A DNA stretch of 45,317 nt from Flavobacteriaceae bacterium (GCA_013042715.1 JABDPN010000169.1:1-45317); one strand, 5' to 3'; positions 9,802 through 18,850 are shown, counted from the stretch's first letter. Notes: generated from the sequence alone by a model not told the origin. Numbers and translations: made by a program.

Positions 9802-10370
9802 TAATTGGATAATAAAAGCGATTCAACAACTTTTGGGAAATGTTCCATTTCCAGTTCATGGATTTTAGTTGCGACTTCTTCTGCAGAGTCAGATTTTAAT
9901 ACATTACATTTTGCTTGAAAAATTATAGCACCTTGGTCATAATTTTCGTTTACAAAATGAATTGTTATTCCTGTTTCATTCTCTTTTGACTCTACAACAG
10001 CATTATGAACATGCATACCATACATGCCTTTACCACCAAATTTTGGCAATAAAGCAGGGTGAATATTAATAATCTTATTTGGGAAAGCTTTTATAAAAGA
10101 TTCTGGTATTTTCCATAAAAACCCAGCTAATATAATTAAGTCGGGTTTATGTTTTTTCAATATATCTAATACATGATTGGTCTTAGAAAATGCAATTCTA
10201 TTAAAAGATAATGCGCTAATATTCAAATTTTTAGCACGATCTAATACTTTGGCATGAGGATTGTTACTTAAAACTTTGATTACTTCAACATTATTATTGT
10301 TTTGAAAAAACCTTATCAGGTTTTCAGCATTAGTTCCAGATCCGGAAGCAAAAATTACAATTCGTTTCAT
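9801..10370 (-). CDS. purN: Phosphoribosylglycinamide formyltransferase
   Basis: 189 aa. Motifs seen: IVIFASGSGTNAENL, LAGFLWKIP, INIHPALLPKFGGKGMYG. Confidence 0.9.
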   Translation of the reverse strand: MKRIVIFASGSGTNAENLIRFFQNNNNVEVIKVLSNNPHAKVLDRAKNLNISALSFNRIAFSKTNHVLDILKKHKPDLIILAGFLWKIPESFIKAFPNKIINIHPALLPKFGGKGMYGMHVHNAVVESKENETGITIHFVNENYDQGAIIFQAKCNVLKSDSAEEVATKIHELEMEHFPKVVESLLLSN

Positions 10371-10511
10371 TACAGGTATAAGCGTTGAAATTGTTCAAAC
10401 AAAAGAAAGTAAATATTAACAATTAGAAGCAATTTCAAAAGATTTATTTTTAAATTACTTAAATTAGAATCACATTTTTTTAGTAAAAGTGTATTTTAAA
10501 ATAAAGTTTTT

Positions 10512-10519
10512 TATTTTTG
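10512..10519 (+). promoter_or_regulatory. Candidate -7 box TAttTTTG for acpP
   Basis: Perfect TAnnTTTG, 32 nt upstream of the ATG at 10552. Confidence 0.45.
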
Positions 10520-10551
10520 CAACCTAATTAAAACTTAAAAATTAAAAGATT

Positions 10552-10785
10552 ATGTCAGACATTGCATCAAGAGTAAAAGCGATTATCGTAGACAAATTAG
10601 GAGTTGATGAAAACGAAGTTGTTGCTGAAGCTAGCTTCACTAACGATTTAGGAGCGGATTCATTAGACACTGTAGAATTAATTATGGAATTCGAAAAAGA
10701 ATTCGATATTCAAATTCCAGATGATCAAGCTGAAAACATAGCAACAGTTGGTCAAGCTATTTCTTATATAGAAGAAGCAAAATAA
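10552..10785 (+). CDS. acpP: Acyl carrier protein
   Basis: 77 aa with the phosphopantetheine attachment motif [16 protein letters not shown]. Confidence 0.95.
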   Translation: MSDIASRVKAIIVDKLGVDENEVVAEASFTNDLGADSLDTVELIMEFEKEFDIQIPDDQAENIATVGQAISYIEEAK

Positions 10786-10800
10786 ACAACATCTATTTTT

Positions 10801-12051
10801 ATGAACTTGAAGCGAGTAGTAGTTACTGGTTTAGGCGCACTTACACCAATAGGCAATACCATAGATGAATTTTGGGAAAGCTTAATTAATGGTAAAAGTG
10901 GTGCTGCACCAATAACGTATTTTGATACAGAAAAATTCAAAACAAAATTTGCTTGTGAGTTAAAAAATTTTAATGCTACTGATTTTCTCGATAGAAAGGA
11001 AGCTCGTAAAATGGATAGATTTGCACAATATGCAATGGTTGCTTCAGACGAAGCCATTGTAGATTCAAATCTTGATTTAGATTCAATTAACAAGCTAAGA
11101 GTAGGTGTTATTTGGGGAGCAGGAATTGGAGGCTTAGAAACATTCCAAAACGAAGTTTTAAACTTTGCACAAGGTGATGGTTCGCCACGATTCAATCCGT
11201 TCTTTATTCCTAAGATGATTGCAGATATTGCTCCTGGCAATATTTCTATTAAACATGGTTTTATGGGACCAAATTACACTACAGTATCAGCTTGTGCTTC
11301 TTCAGCTAATGCCATGATTGATGCCTTAAACTACATTCGTTTAGGACATTGTGATGTTATTGTAACTGGAGGTAGTGAGGCAGCTGTAACTATAGCCGGA
11401 ATGGGTGGCTTTAATGCTATGCATGCCTTATCTACTAGAAACGATAGTCCTGAAACAGCTTCAAGACCTTTTGACGCAACCAGAGATGGTTTTGTATTAG
11501 GTGAGGGAGCGGGAGCTATTATTCTTGAAGATTATGATCATGCTTTAGCGCGAGGTGCAAAAATATATGCTGAAGTTGTTGGAGGAGGATTATCTTCGGA
11601 CGCTCATCATATGACAGCTCCACATCCAGATGGCATTGGCGTTATTGCTGTGATGAATAATTGCTTAGAAGATGCAGGTTTAAAACCAGAAGATGTTGAT
11701 ACTATTAATACGCATGGTACGGCCACACCTTTAGGTGATGTAGCTGAATTAAAAGCTATAAGAGAAGTATTTGGTACACACGCTAAGAATATCAATATCA
11801 ATTCTACAAAGTCTATGACTGGTCACTTGTTAGGTGCAGCTGGAGCAGTTGAAGCCATTGCTTCAATATTGTCAATTCAGAACGGAATAGTACCTCCAAC
11901 AATTAACCATACAACTATAGATGAGAATATAGATGCTGAATTAAACTTAACATTGAACAAAGCTCAAAAACGAGACGTTAAAGTTGCAATGAGTAATACA
12001 TTTGGATTTGGTGGTCATAACGCTTGTGTATTATTCAAAAGAATAGATTAA
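10801..12051 (+). CDS. fabF: 3-oxoacyl-ACP synthase II
   Basis: 416 aa. Active-site Cys (SACASSANA) and His motifs HGTATPLGD and TGHLLGAAG. Sits directly downstream of acpP. Confidence 0.94.
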   Translation: MNLKRVVVTGLGALTPIGNTIDEFWESLINGKSGAAPITYFDTEKFKTKFACELKNFNATDFLDRKEARKMDRFAQYAMVASDEAIVDSNLDLDSINKLRVGVIWGAGIGGLETFQNEVLNFAQGDGSPRFNPFFIPKMIADIAPGNISIKHGFMGPNYTTVSACASSANAMIDALNYIRLGHCDVIVTGGSEAAVTIAGMGGFNAMHALSTRNDSPETASRPFDATRDGFVLGEGAGAIILEDYDHALARGAKIYAEVVGGGLSSDAHHMTAPHPDGIGVIAVMNNCLEDAGLKPEDVDTINTHGTATPLGDVAELKAIREVFGTHAKNININSTKSMTGHLLGAAGAVEAIASILSIQNGIVPPTINHTTIDENIDAELNLTLNKAQKRDVKVAMSNTFGFGGHNACVLFKRID

Positions 12052-12058
12052 ATCCCGA

Positions 12059-12811
12059 ATGAGTATCATTCGTAACATATTAAATCAAAATTCCCGTTCT
12101 GAAGAAGGCGGGAATTTTTTTATTCAAATTAAAAAGATACTAGGCTTTAAACCTAAAGATATAAGTATTTTTCAGACTGCTTTCACACATCGGTCAATGA
12201 ATAAACGCGATGAAAATGGAAATCCAATTAATTACGAACGTTTAGAGTTTATTGGAGATGCAATGCTAAGCTCAATTATTGCGACACATCTTTATAACGA
12301 AGTCCCTTTTGGTAACGAAGGTTATCTTACTAAAATGCGTTCTAAAATAGTGAGTCGTGAACATTTAAACGAACTGGGGAAAGAAATTGGACTTATAAAC
12401 TATGTAAAAAGTAAGATTGAAAAGGATAATTTTGGAGACAATATTCATGGCAATTTGTTTGAAGCGCTTGTTGGTGCAATATATTTAGATAGAGGTTATC
12501 GTTATTGCGAAAAATTTATTTATAATAAAGTTATTATTCCACATGTTGATATTCCTAAACTCGAAGGTAAAATAATTAGCTATAAGAGCCTGTTAATTGA
12601 ATGGTGCCAGAAAGAAAAGAAAACGTTTAAATATCAGGTATACGAAGATAATGGGAATGACGATGTTAAGCATTTTTCTGTAAAACTTCATATTGACGAT
12701 AAGATTGTAGCAAAAGGACGTGCAACATCAAAAAAGAAAGCAGAAGAAACAGCATCTAAACGTGCATTTTTTGTGTTTCAAAGAAAAATCTCAAAATCCA
12801 TTTTAAGTTAG
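12059..12811 (+). CDS. rnc: Ribonuclease III
   Basis: 250 aa. RNase III signature ERLEFIGDAML, plus FEALVGAIYLD and a C-terminal dsRBD (KRAEETASKRA-like AxxA). Confidence 0.92.
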   Translation: MSIIRNILNQNSRSEEGGNFFIQIKKILGFKPKDISIFQTAFTHRSMNKRDENGNPINYERLEFIGDAMLSSIIATHLYNEVPFGNEGYLTKMRSKIVSREHLNELGKEIGLINYVKSKIEKDNFGDNIHGNLFEALVGAIYLDRGYRYCEKFIYNKVIIPHVDIPKLEGKIISYKSLLIEWCQKEKKTFKYQVYEDNGNDDVKHFSVKLHIDDKIVAKGRATSKKKAEETASKRAFFVFQRKISKSILS

Positions 12812-12885
12812 AAACAGCAATGAAACAACTAAAACGATTTCGTTTCATTTAACTATACATTAATTAACTTATTACCTTAAAACAC

Positions 12886-12893
12886 TATATTTG
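12886..12893 (+). promoter_or_regulatory. Candidate -7 box TAtaTTTG for the IPExxxVDY gene
   Basis: Perfect TAnnTTTG, 19 nt upstream of the ATG at 12913. Confidence 0.45.
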
Positions 12894-12912
12894 CATTGCA
12901 GAATTAAAAGGT

Positions 12913-13395
12913 ATGGCTTTACATAAACTCATATTAGAAGATATAGAGGATGTATCCTATACCTTAATTGCAATTCATTGTAATTTGGAAGATTTTAGAG
13001 TTGCATATTTATTAAATAAATCTCTAAATATTGGCTTAAAACGAAAGTCAGAAGATTTGGATTTTGCTGATAAAAAAGCATCTTTTTCGCTTTTTGAATG
13101 GAAAGATAAAGAACAATTAACAACATGGAATTTAATTTCTAATGTAAGTAAAACGGAAGAAGAAGACATCTTAAATACAGATTCATTGTTTAGTGTTCCA
13201 AACAAAATAATACGAACACATCATTTGATTCCAGAGTATACGAAGGTTAATTATTTTCTAAAAATTGTTAATGATGGAAGTTTATTAAACGAAAAAACAA
13301 TTATTTCAAACATTCAGAAAATACCACAAGTTGTAACTGTTTACAATGTAGATGCCACTAAATTAAAATCTAAAGACAACTTAATATTCATTTAA
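12913..13395 (+). CDS. IPExxxVDY-family protein (Bacteroidota conserved, function unknown)
   Basis: 160 aa. Contains HHLIPEYTKVNYFLKI, a variant of the family-naming IPExxxVDY motif. The stop overlaps the pyk ATG (TAATG at 13393-13397). Confidence 0.7.
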   Translation: MALHKLILEDIEDVSYTLIAIHCNLEDFRVAYLLNKSLNIGLKRKSEDLDFADKKASFSLFEWKDKEQLTTWNLISNVSKTEEEDILNTDSLFSVPNKIIRTHHLIPEYTKVNYFLKIVNDGSLLNEKTIISNIQKIPQVVTVYNVDATKLKSKDNLIFI

Positions 13396-14840
13396 TGTCA
13401 CACAGAAGAAAAAAAACAAAGATTGTTGCAACCTTAGGACCAGCAACAAGTAGTAAAGAAATAATTGCAGAAATGATTCAGGAAGGTGTAAATGTTTTCC
13501 GAATTAACTTCTCGCATGCTGAATATAGCCAAGTTGCACAACGTATAAAATATATTAGAGAAATAAACGAAGAACTAGACTTTAATGCTGCAATTTTAGC
13601 GGATTTACAAGGTCCAAAATTACGCGTAGGTGTTATGGAAGATGGTGTTGAGGTGAATGAAGACGATGAGATTGTTTTTGCTACTGGAGAACGTTTTGTA
13701 GGTACTAAAGAACGTGTTTACATGACCTACGATAGATTTCCTAAAGATGCAAAACCTGGAGAACGTATTTTATTAGATGATGGAAAATTAATTTTTGAAG
13801 TTGTTTCAACTGACAAAAAATCTAAAGTAAAAGCAAAAGTAATTCAAGGAGGACCATTAAAGTCTAAAAAGGGGGTTAACCTTCCTAATACTAATATCTC
13901 TCAACCAGCATTAACACAAAAGGACAGGAAAGATGTGATGTTTGCTATAGAGCAAGAAGTAGATTGGATTGCATTATCTTTTGTCAGAAAACCAGACGAT
14001 TTAATTGAACTTGAAGAGATAATTAGAGAACACAGCGAATATAAAATCCCAATTATTGCAAAAATTGAAAAACCAGAAGCTGTTAAAAACATCGATAAAA
14101 TTGTAGCCTATTGTGATGGGATAATGGTTGCTAGAGGTGATTTGGGAGTAGAATTACCAGCTCAAGAAGTTCCTTTAATCCAAAAAGAATTGGTACTTAA
14201 AGCAAAAATTGCTAGAATTCCAGTAATTATTGCTACGCAAATGATGGAATCTATGATAGATAGCTTAACACCAACACGAGCAGAGGTAAATGATGTTGCC
14301 AACTCTGTAATGGATGGTGCAGATGCTGTTATGCTTTCTGGAGAGACGTCTGTTGGAAGTTTTCCTGTGCAAGTTATTCAGAAAATGTCGGCAATTATTA
14401 AATCTGTAGAAAACTCACATTTAATAAATGTACCACAAAACCCACCATTAATTCGTACAAAGCGTTATATAACAAAATCTATTTGTTATCACGCTGCTAA
14501 TATGGCAAACGAAATTAATGCAAGAGCAATTTCTACCTTAACTAATAGTGGCTATACTGCATTTCAGATATCTGCTTGGAGACCAGATGCTCATATTTTA
14601 GTATTTACATCAAACAAACGTATATTAACTCAGCTTAATTTGCTTTGGGGAGTTAGAGCGTTTTATTATGAAAAGTTTGTTTCTACAGACGAAACCATTG
14701 AAGATGTGAATAAAATAGCGTGTCAAAAAGGATTTATAGAAGCAGGAGATATGCTAATTAGTCTAGCAGCAATGCCAATTCAAGATAAAGGTATGGTTAA
14801 TACGCTTAGAGTTACTGAAATTGAAACGTGTAATTTTTAA
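13395..14840 (+). CDS. pyk: Pyruvate kinase
   Basis: 481 aa. Motifs seen: KIVATLGPA, NFSHA, MVARGDLGVE, ATQMMESM. Confidence 0.94.
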   Translation: MSHRRKKTKIVATLGPATSSKEIIAEMIQEGVNVFRINFSHAEYSQVAQRIKYIREINEELDFNAAILADLQGPKLRVGVMEDGVEVNEDDEIVFATGERFVGTKERVYMTYDRFPKDAKPGERILLDDGKLIFEVVSTDKKSKVKAKVIQGGPLKSKKGVNLPNTNISQPALTQKDRKDVMFAIEQEVDWIALSFVRKPDDLIELEEIIREHSEYKIPIIAKIEKPEAVKNIDKIVAYCDGIMVARGDLGVELPAQEVPLIQKELVLKAKIARIPVIIATQMMESMIDSLTPTRAEVNDVANSVMDGADAVMLSGETSVGSFPVQVIQKMSAIIKSVENSHLINVPQNPPLIRTKRYITKSICYHAANMANEINARAISTLTNSGYTAFQISAWRPDAHILVFTSNKRILTQLNLLWGVRAFYYEKFVSTDETIEDVNKIACQKGFIEAGDMLISLAAMPIQDKGMVNTLRVTEIETCNF

Positions 14841-15937
14841 AAATCAAACTTTAACTGTACACTCACACTTTTTTGTTTAGGCTTTTTCTTTGTTTCTGTA
14901 TTTAGATTAGATAACGAAATACCTAACAATCTTACCGAGTTTTTTAATTTTTCTTGGTATAATAATTCTTTTGCAGTTTCCAGAATTACAGCTTTATCTG
15001 CTACAAAATAGCGCAAAGTTTTACTACGTGTTTGCAACGTGAAATCGCTGTATTTAATCTTTAGCGTTATGGTTTTCCCCGCAACTTTACTGTGTTCTAA
15101 TCGTCTTGATACTTCTTCTGCAATGTGTTCTAGTTTTTTAATTAAAAACACTTCGCTAGATAAGTTTTCTCTAAAAGTACGTTCTGCAGCAAGCGATTTT
15201 CTAATTCGGTTTGGTTTTACTTCGCTATTTTGAAGTCCTCTAACAATGTAATAATAATACCGCCCAGATTTTCCAAAGTTTTTATCTAAATACTCTAAAG
15301 ATTTTGCTTTTAAATCTGCTCCAGTAAAAACCCCTTTTTGGTACATGCGTTCTGCCGTAACCTTACCAATTCCATGAAACTTTCTAATGTCTAGCTTTTC
15401 TAAAAATCTTAAAACATCTTCTGGATTAACTGTTTTTTGACCATTAGGCTTATTGTAATCACTAGCAATTTTAGCTACAAATTTATTAATACTTATTCCT
15501 GCAGATGCTGTTAAGCCTACCTCATTAAAAACACGTTTTCTAATTTCTTGAGCAATTAAAGTCGCACTTGGATTTCCTTTTTTGTTTTTAGTAACATCAA
15601 GATAAGCTTCATCTAATGATAAAGGTTCTACCAGATCTGTATACTCAAAAAAGATAGCTCGAATTTTTTTAGAAATTTCTTTATAACGCTTAAAGTTATG
15701 TCTTACAAAAATTAAATTTGGGCACAATTTTCTCGCTAGATTTCCAGCCATTGCACTACGTACACCAAATTTTCTAGCCTCGTAACTTGCTGCACTAATT
15801 ACACCTCTTTCACTTCCTCCGCCAACAGCAATGGGTTTCCCAACAAGTTCAGGATTATCCATTTGTTCTACAGACGCGTAAAAGGCATCCATATCAACAT
15901 GAATTATTTTTCTAATTGGTAAATCATTGTGCATCAT
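14837..15937 (-). CDS. dinB: DNA polymerase IV (Y-family)
   Basis: 366 aa. Motifs seen: IIHVDMDAFYASVE, SLDEAYLDVT, HGIGKVTAERM. Confidence 0.92.
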   Translation of the reverse strand: MMHNDLPIRKIIHVDMDAFYASVEQMDNPELVGKPIAVGGGSERGVISAASYEARKFGVRSAMAGNLARKLCPNLIFVRHNFKRYKEISKKIRAIFFEYTDLVEPLSLDEAYLDVTKNKKGNPSATLIAQEIRKRVFNEVGLTASAGISINKFVAKIASDYNKPNGQKTVNPEDVLRFLEKLDIRKFHGIGKVTAERMYQKGVFTGADLKAKSLEYLDKNFGKSGRYYYYIVRGLQNSEVKPNRIRKSLAAERTFRENLSSEVFLIKKLEHIAEEVSRRLEHSKVAGKTITLKIKYSDFTLQTRSKTLRYFVADKAVILETAKELLYQEKLKNSVRLLGISLSNLNTETKKKPKQKSVSVQLKFDF

Positions 15938-16050
15938 GTAAATTTATAATTTCTAATTAAAAATTTTGAACATGACGTTTAATAAAAACATATTACGCTT
16001 TAGTTTTTTAATATTCATAATGGTTTCTTGTGTTAGTATAAAAATCAAAA

Positions 16051-16329
16051 TCAATAATGAAAATAGAACGATTTCAACTTCTCAATTGAAAGAACCGTTA
16101 ACCTTTCAAGGCATTCAAATTTTTGAGGAATACTATCGTTATGAGGAAAACGCCATTAGCCATCTTTAGCAATGTATGCACCAAGTAATCCACCATCTCA
16201 ACTTTCTATTGCAGTTGCAGTTGGATCTGTAAATAATAGCCTCGGAAGACAGAAATAATAAGCAACTATTAGCAGCATTATAACTGCTGATTTAATCTTA
16301 TTACGTTTAATATAGTTTTTTATTTTTTT
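16051..16329 (-). pseudogene. Decayed 5' remnant of a penicillin-binding protein 1C (pbpC)-like transglycosylase gene
   Basis: A single minus-strand frame reads KKIKNYIKRNKIKSAVIMLLIVAYYFCLPRLLFTDPTATAIES*DGGLLGAYIAKDG*WRFPHNDSIPQKFECLERLTVLSIEKLKSFYFHY*. The in-frame stops are at 16200-16198, 16158-16156 and 16053-16051. The membrane anchor, the DG(Q)WRFP motif and a degenerate ED..F..H.G-like GT51 motif resemble PBP1C N-termini. No coding signal follows. Confidence 0.55.
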
Positions 16330-16638
16330 TCAAAGTTTAAATTCATATTCGCGTTCTACTTTACATATTTTAGTGTTGTACCAACTATACCATTTATTTC
16401 TACCTTTATGCTGTGCTATTAAATGCTCTGAATGTTGTTTCCATAGTTTTATGGCTTCTAAACTCTCCCAATAACTCACAGTAATACCTACACTTTCACG
16501 TGCATTATCAATGCCTAAAAATCCAGATTGGGTTTTAGCTAAATCTTCCATCTTTTGTGCCATATCACTATAGCCTTTATTTTTTTTAGTTAAAGTGGAT
16601 GTAAATATTACTGCGTAGTATGGTTTAAAGTTTTGCAT
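16330..16638 (-). CDS. Antibiotic-biosynthesis-monooxygenase (ABM/Dabb-fold) family protein
   Basis: 102 aa. YAVIFTS...GFLGIDNARE..GITVSYWESLEAIKLWKQHSEH pattern typical of ABM domains. Confidence 0.7.
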   Translation of the reverse strand: MQNFKPYYAVIFTSTLTKKNKGYSDMAQKMEDLAKTQSGFLGIDNARESVGITVSYWESLEAIKLWKQHSEHLIAQHKGRNKWYSWYNTKICKVEREYEFKL

Positions 16639-17524
16639 AAGAATCGTCTTTTGTTTCTGTATTTAAAGGCACTTCAAAGATGATAAGTTTTTCAATTTTA
16701 TTACCATCAATATCTGTCATTACAATCCTAAAGAACAATTTACTAAGTTTTACACTTGCAGGAAAATCATTAACAGAAGATATGTCTTTAATTGAATTAC
16801 TCCAAGATTCGCCACATGTTTCATTAACTTCTGTTTTTAGTTTTTCTATATCTACTTCAATAAATCTGGATGCTTGTTTTTCAGAAATGGGTAATGACTC
16901 AAATCTATGATTACTAGAAATGGTTTTTAATGGTTTCCAGCTTGAATAATAATGTTTCCAATTAATTAAATCGCAATGTGACGCATTATCTGATATAGCA
17001 ATACTGTTTTCATGCTTTTGAAATACTTGGATACTTCTAAATTCCTGATGATGCTTAACTCTAACTATTTTGTTATTTAAAGCCTCATCTTCTTTTAACT
17101 TATAAATAAGTACTGCATCAAAGTTAGGATTAATTACATCTTTTATGGATTTCTTTTCTGAAATTCCTTCCATACTTACTGTAAAAGCTTTATATTTTGT
17201 TTTAAATCGTTTTTGAAGTTTTTCTTCAGTTAAAAATCCATTAAACACATAACCTTCATCGAAAGTTTCAAAGGCGTCTATGCTTCTTATTTTAACCCAT
17301 TCTCCAGATAGTTTTTTGCCATTATCTATAACATCTAGCATAAGATTTGTATGCTCAGTAATTTCTATTGCAGTTCCATAATCTAGCATACCTAAACGTC
17401 TAGCTCCTTGATTTGGTTTTTCTCTTATTACCAGCCCATTTTCTGCATTAACAAATTGAATATCTTGCGCTTTTGCGAAACTAAATGTTACTATAACTAA
17501 TAATATACTTATATATTTTTTCAT
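16625..17524 (-). CDS. Secreted hypothetical protein with N-terminal bacterial SH3-like domain
   Basis: 299 aa. Signal peptide MKKYISILLVIVTFSFAKAQ. SH3b-like segment GLVIREKPNQGARRLGMLDYGTAIEI...GEWVKI. The rest is unrecognised. Confidence 0.6.
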   Translation of the reverse strand: MKKYISILLVIVTFSFAKAQDIQFVNAENGLVIREKPNQGARRLGMLDYGTAIEITEHTNLMLDVIDNGKKLSGEWVKIRSIDAFETFDEGYVFNGFLTEEKLQKRFKTKYKAFTVSMEGISEKKSIKDVINPNFDAVLIYKLKEDEALNNKIVRVKHHQEFRSIQVFQKHENSIAISDNASHCDLINWKHYYSSWKPLKTISSNHRFESLPISEKQASRFIEVDIEKLKTEVNETCGESWSNSIKDISSVNDFPASVKLSKLFFRIVMTDIDGNKIEKLIIFEVPLNTETKDDSYAKL

Positions 17525-17759
17525 TGTTTTTAAAATGTTAATGACCTGTTCGAAAAAGATTCGAACGTGTTAAAGATTTTTAGCGTATCAATTACGAACA
17601 GACCGTTTTTATTAATTTTTTATCTACTGATTTTTAAGCATCAGTAGCTTATGACTTTCCGGAAGTGAGACTTAATAAAAATTCGTATGATTTATTTTTA
17701 ATAGTTACGTATTAGGTTTTTAGTTTAGACTTTTTCTATAAGTTAAACTATTCTTAAAG

Positions 17760-18821
17760 TTAATGTTGCTCGTAGATATCTACCACTAATTCACCATTAT
17801 CATTCATTGATGCTCGATACATGCCTGCGGTATTGAATTCAAATACCATATTGCCATTTTTGTCTACAGCTACAATACCACCATCACCACCAAGTTTTGC
17901 AACTTTATCATGAATAACAGTTCGAGCAGCTTCTTTTAAACTTAAACCTTTATATTCCATTAAAGCAGAAATATCATGAGCAACTTGAGCACGAATAAAA
18001 TATTCCCCCCAACCAGTACTTGATACTGCGCAAGTAGCATTATTAGCATAAGTTCCAGACCCAATTATTGGTGCATCTCCAATTCGCCCCCAACGTTTAT
18101 TTGTCATACCGCCTGTTGAGGTTCCTGCGGCTAAGTTTCCATTCTTGTCTAACGCAACACAGCCAACGGTTCCAAATTTGAAATTATTAATTTCAGCATC
18201 ATAAAACCCAACTTTTTTATCATCGTGATCTAATTCAATACTGTCTCTTTCTTTAGCACGCTTAAGGGAATTAAAACGATTTTCAGTGTAGAAATATGAA
18301 GTATCAACGAGTTCTAATCCTTGTTCAGCCGCAAAGGTATCTGCACCTTTCCCTGATAACATTACATGAGGAGAATTTTCCATAATTGCTCTTGCCAAGT
18401 CAATTGGGTTTTTTACAGTAGTTGTTCCTGCAGAAGCACCAGCGTTAAGTGTTTTTCCATCCATAATGGAAGCATCTAGCTCATTAGTTTCTGCATTAGT
18501 AAAAACGGAACCTTTTCCTGCATTAAATAAAGGAGAATCCTCCATGATATTAATAGTTTTCGTTACAGCATCTAAACTGCTTCCACCTTCTTCTAAAATT
18601 TTATATCCTGTTTTTATCGCTTCCTCAAGCTTTGCTCTGTATACAGCTTCTTTTTCAGGAGTCATATTTTTTTTGAGAATTGTTCCAGCTCCACCATGAA
18701 TAACGATAGCGAATTCCGAGTTTTTAGATGTAAAATTATTTTCTGAATTTAAAGGCTTTTTGTTAGTCTCACAAGAAATAAAAACAATTGATAAACAAAA
18801 TAACAGAATGATTTTCTTCAT
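17760..18821 (-). CDS. Isoaspartyl peptidase / plant-type L-asparaginase (Ntn hydrolase), lipoprotein
   Basis: 353 aa. Lipobox VFISC. Motifs seen: HGGAG, autoprocessing/nucleophile site GTVGCVALD, GGMTNKRWGRIGDAPIIGSGTYA. Confidence 0.88.
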   Translation of the reverse strand: MKKIILLFCLSIVFISCETNKKPLNSENNFTSKNSEFAIVIHGGAGTILKKNMTPEKEAVYRAKLEEAIKTGYKILEEGGSSLDAVTKTINIMEDSPLFNAGKGSVFTNAETNELDASIMDGKTLNAGASAGTTTVKNPIDLARAIMENSPHVMLSGKGADTFAAEQGLELVDTSYFYTENRFNSLKRAKERDSIELDHDDKKVGFYDAEINNFKFGTVGCVALDKNGNLAAGTSTGGMTNKRWGRIGDAPIIGSGTYANNATCAVSSTGWGEYFIRAQVAHDISALMEYKGLSLKEAARTVIHDKVAKLGGDGGIVAVDKNGNMVFEFNTAGMYRASMNDNGELVVDIYEQH

Positions 18822-18850
18822 ATGATTTATTTTTAAGTATGGAAAAATTA

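Noticed and set aside
10764-11240. 158-aa minus-strand ORF overlapping the 5' part of fabF
   Set aside because: It is entirely antisense to a high-confidence, motif-rich fabF reading frame. Its composition (Ser/Pro/Ile-rich) is typical of shadow ORFs.
15966-16169. 67-aa plus-strand ORF (TTG start) with a lipoprotein-like N-terminus between dinB and the ABM gene
   Set aside because: It has a non-ATG start and no -7 box. It also lies antisense to the much more convincing pbpC-like relic (DG-WRFP frame). It is most likely a chance ORF in decaying DNA.
17548-17566. ttcgaa-containing hairpin that superficially recalls a tRNA T-arm (GTTCGAA)
   Set aside because: No acceptor, D or anticodon arms can be drawn around it, and the flanks are AT-rich spacer. 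It is not a tRNA. It is kept only as part of the leader-structure observation.
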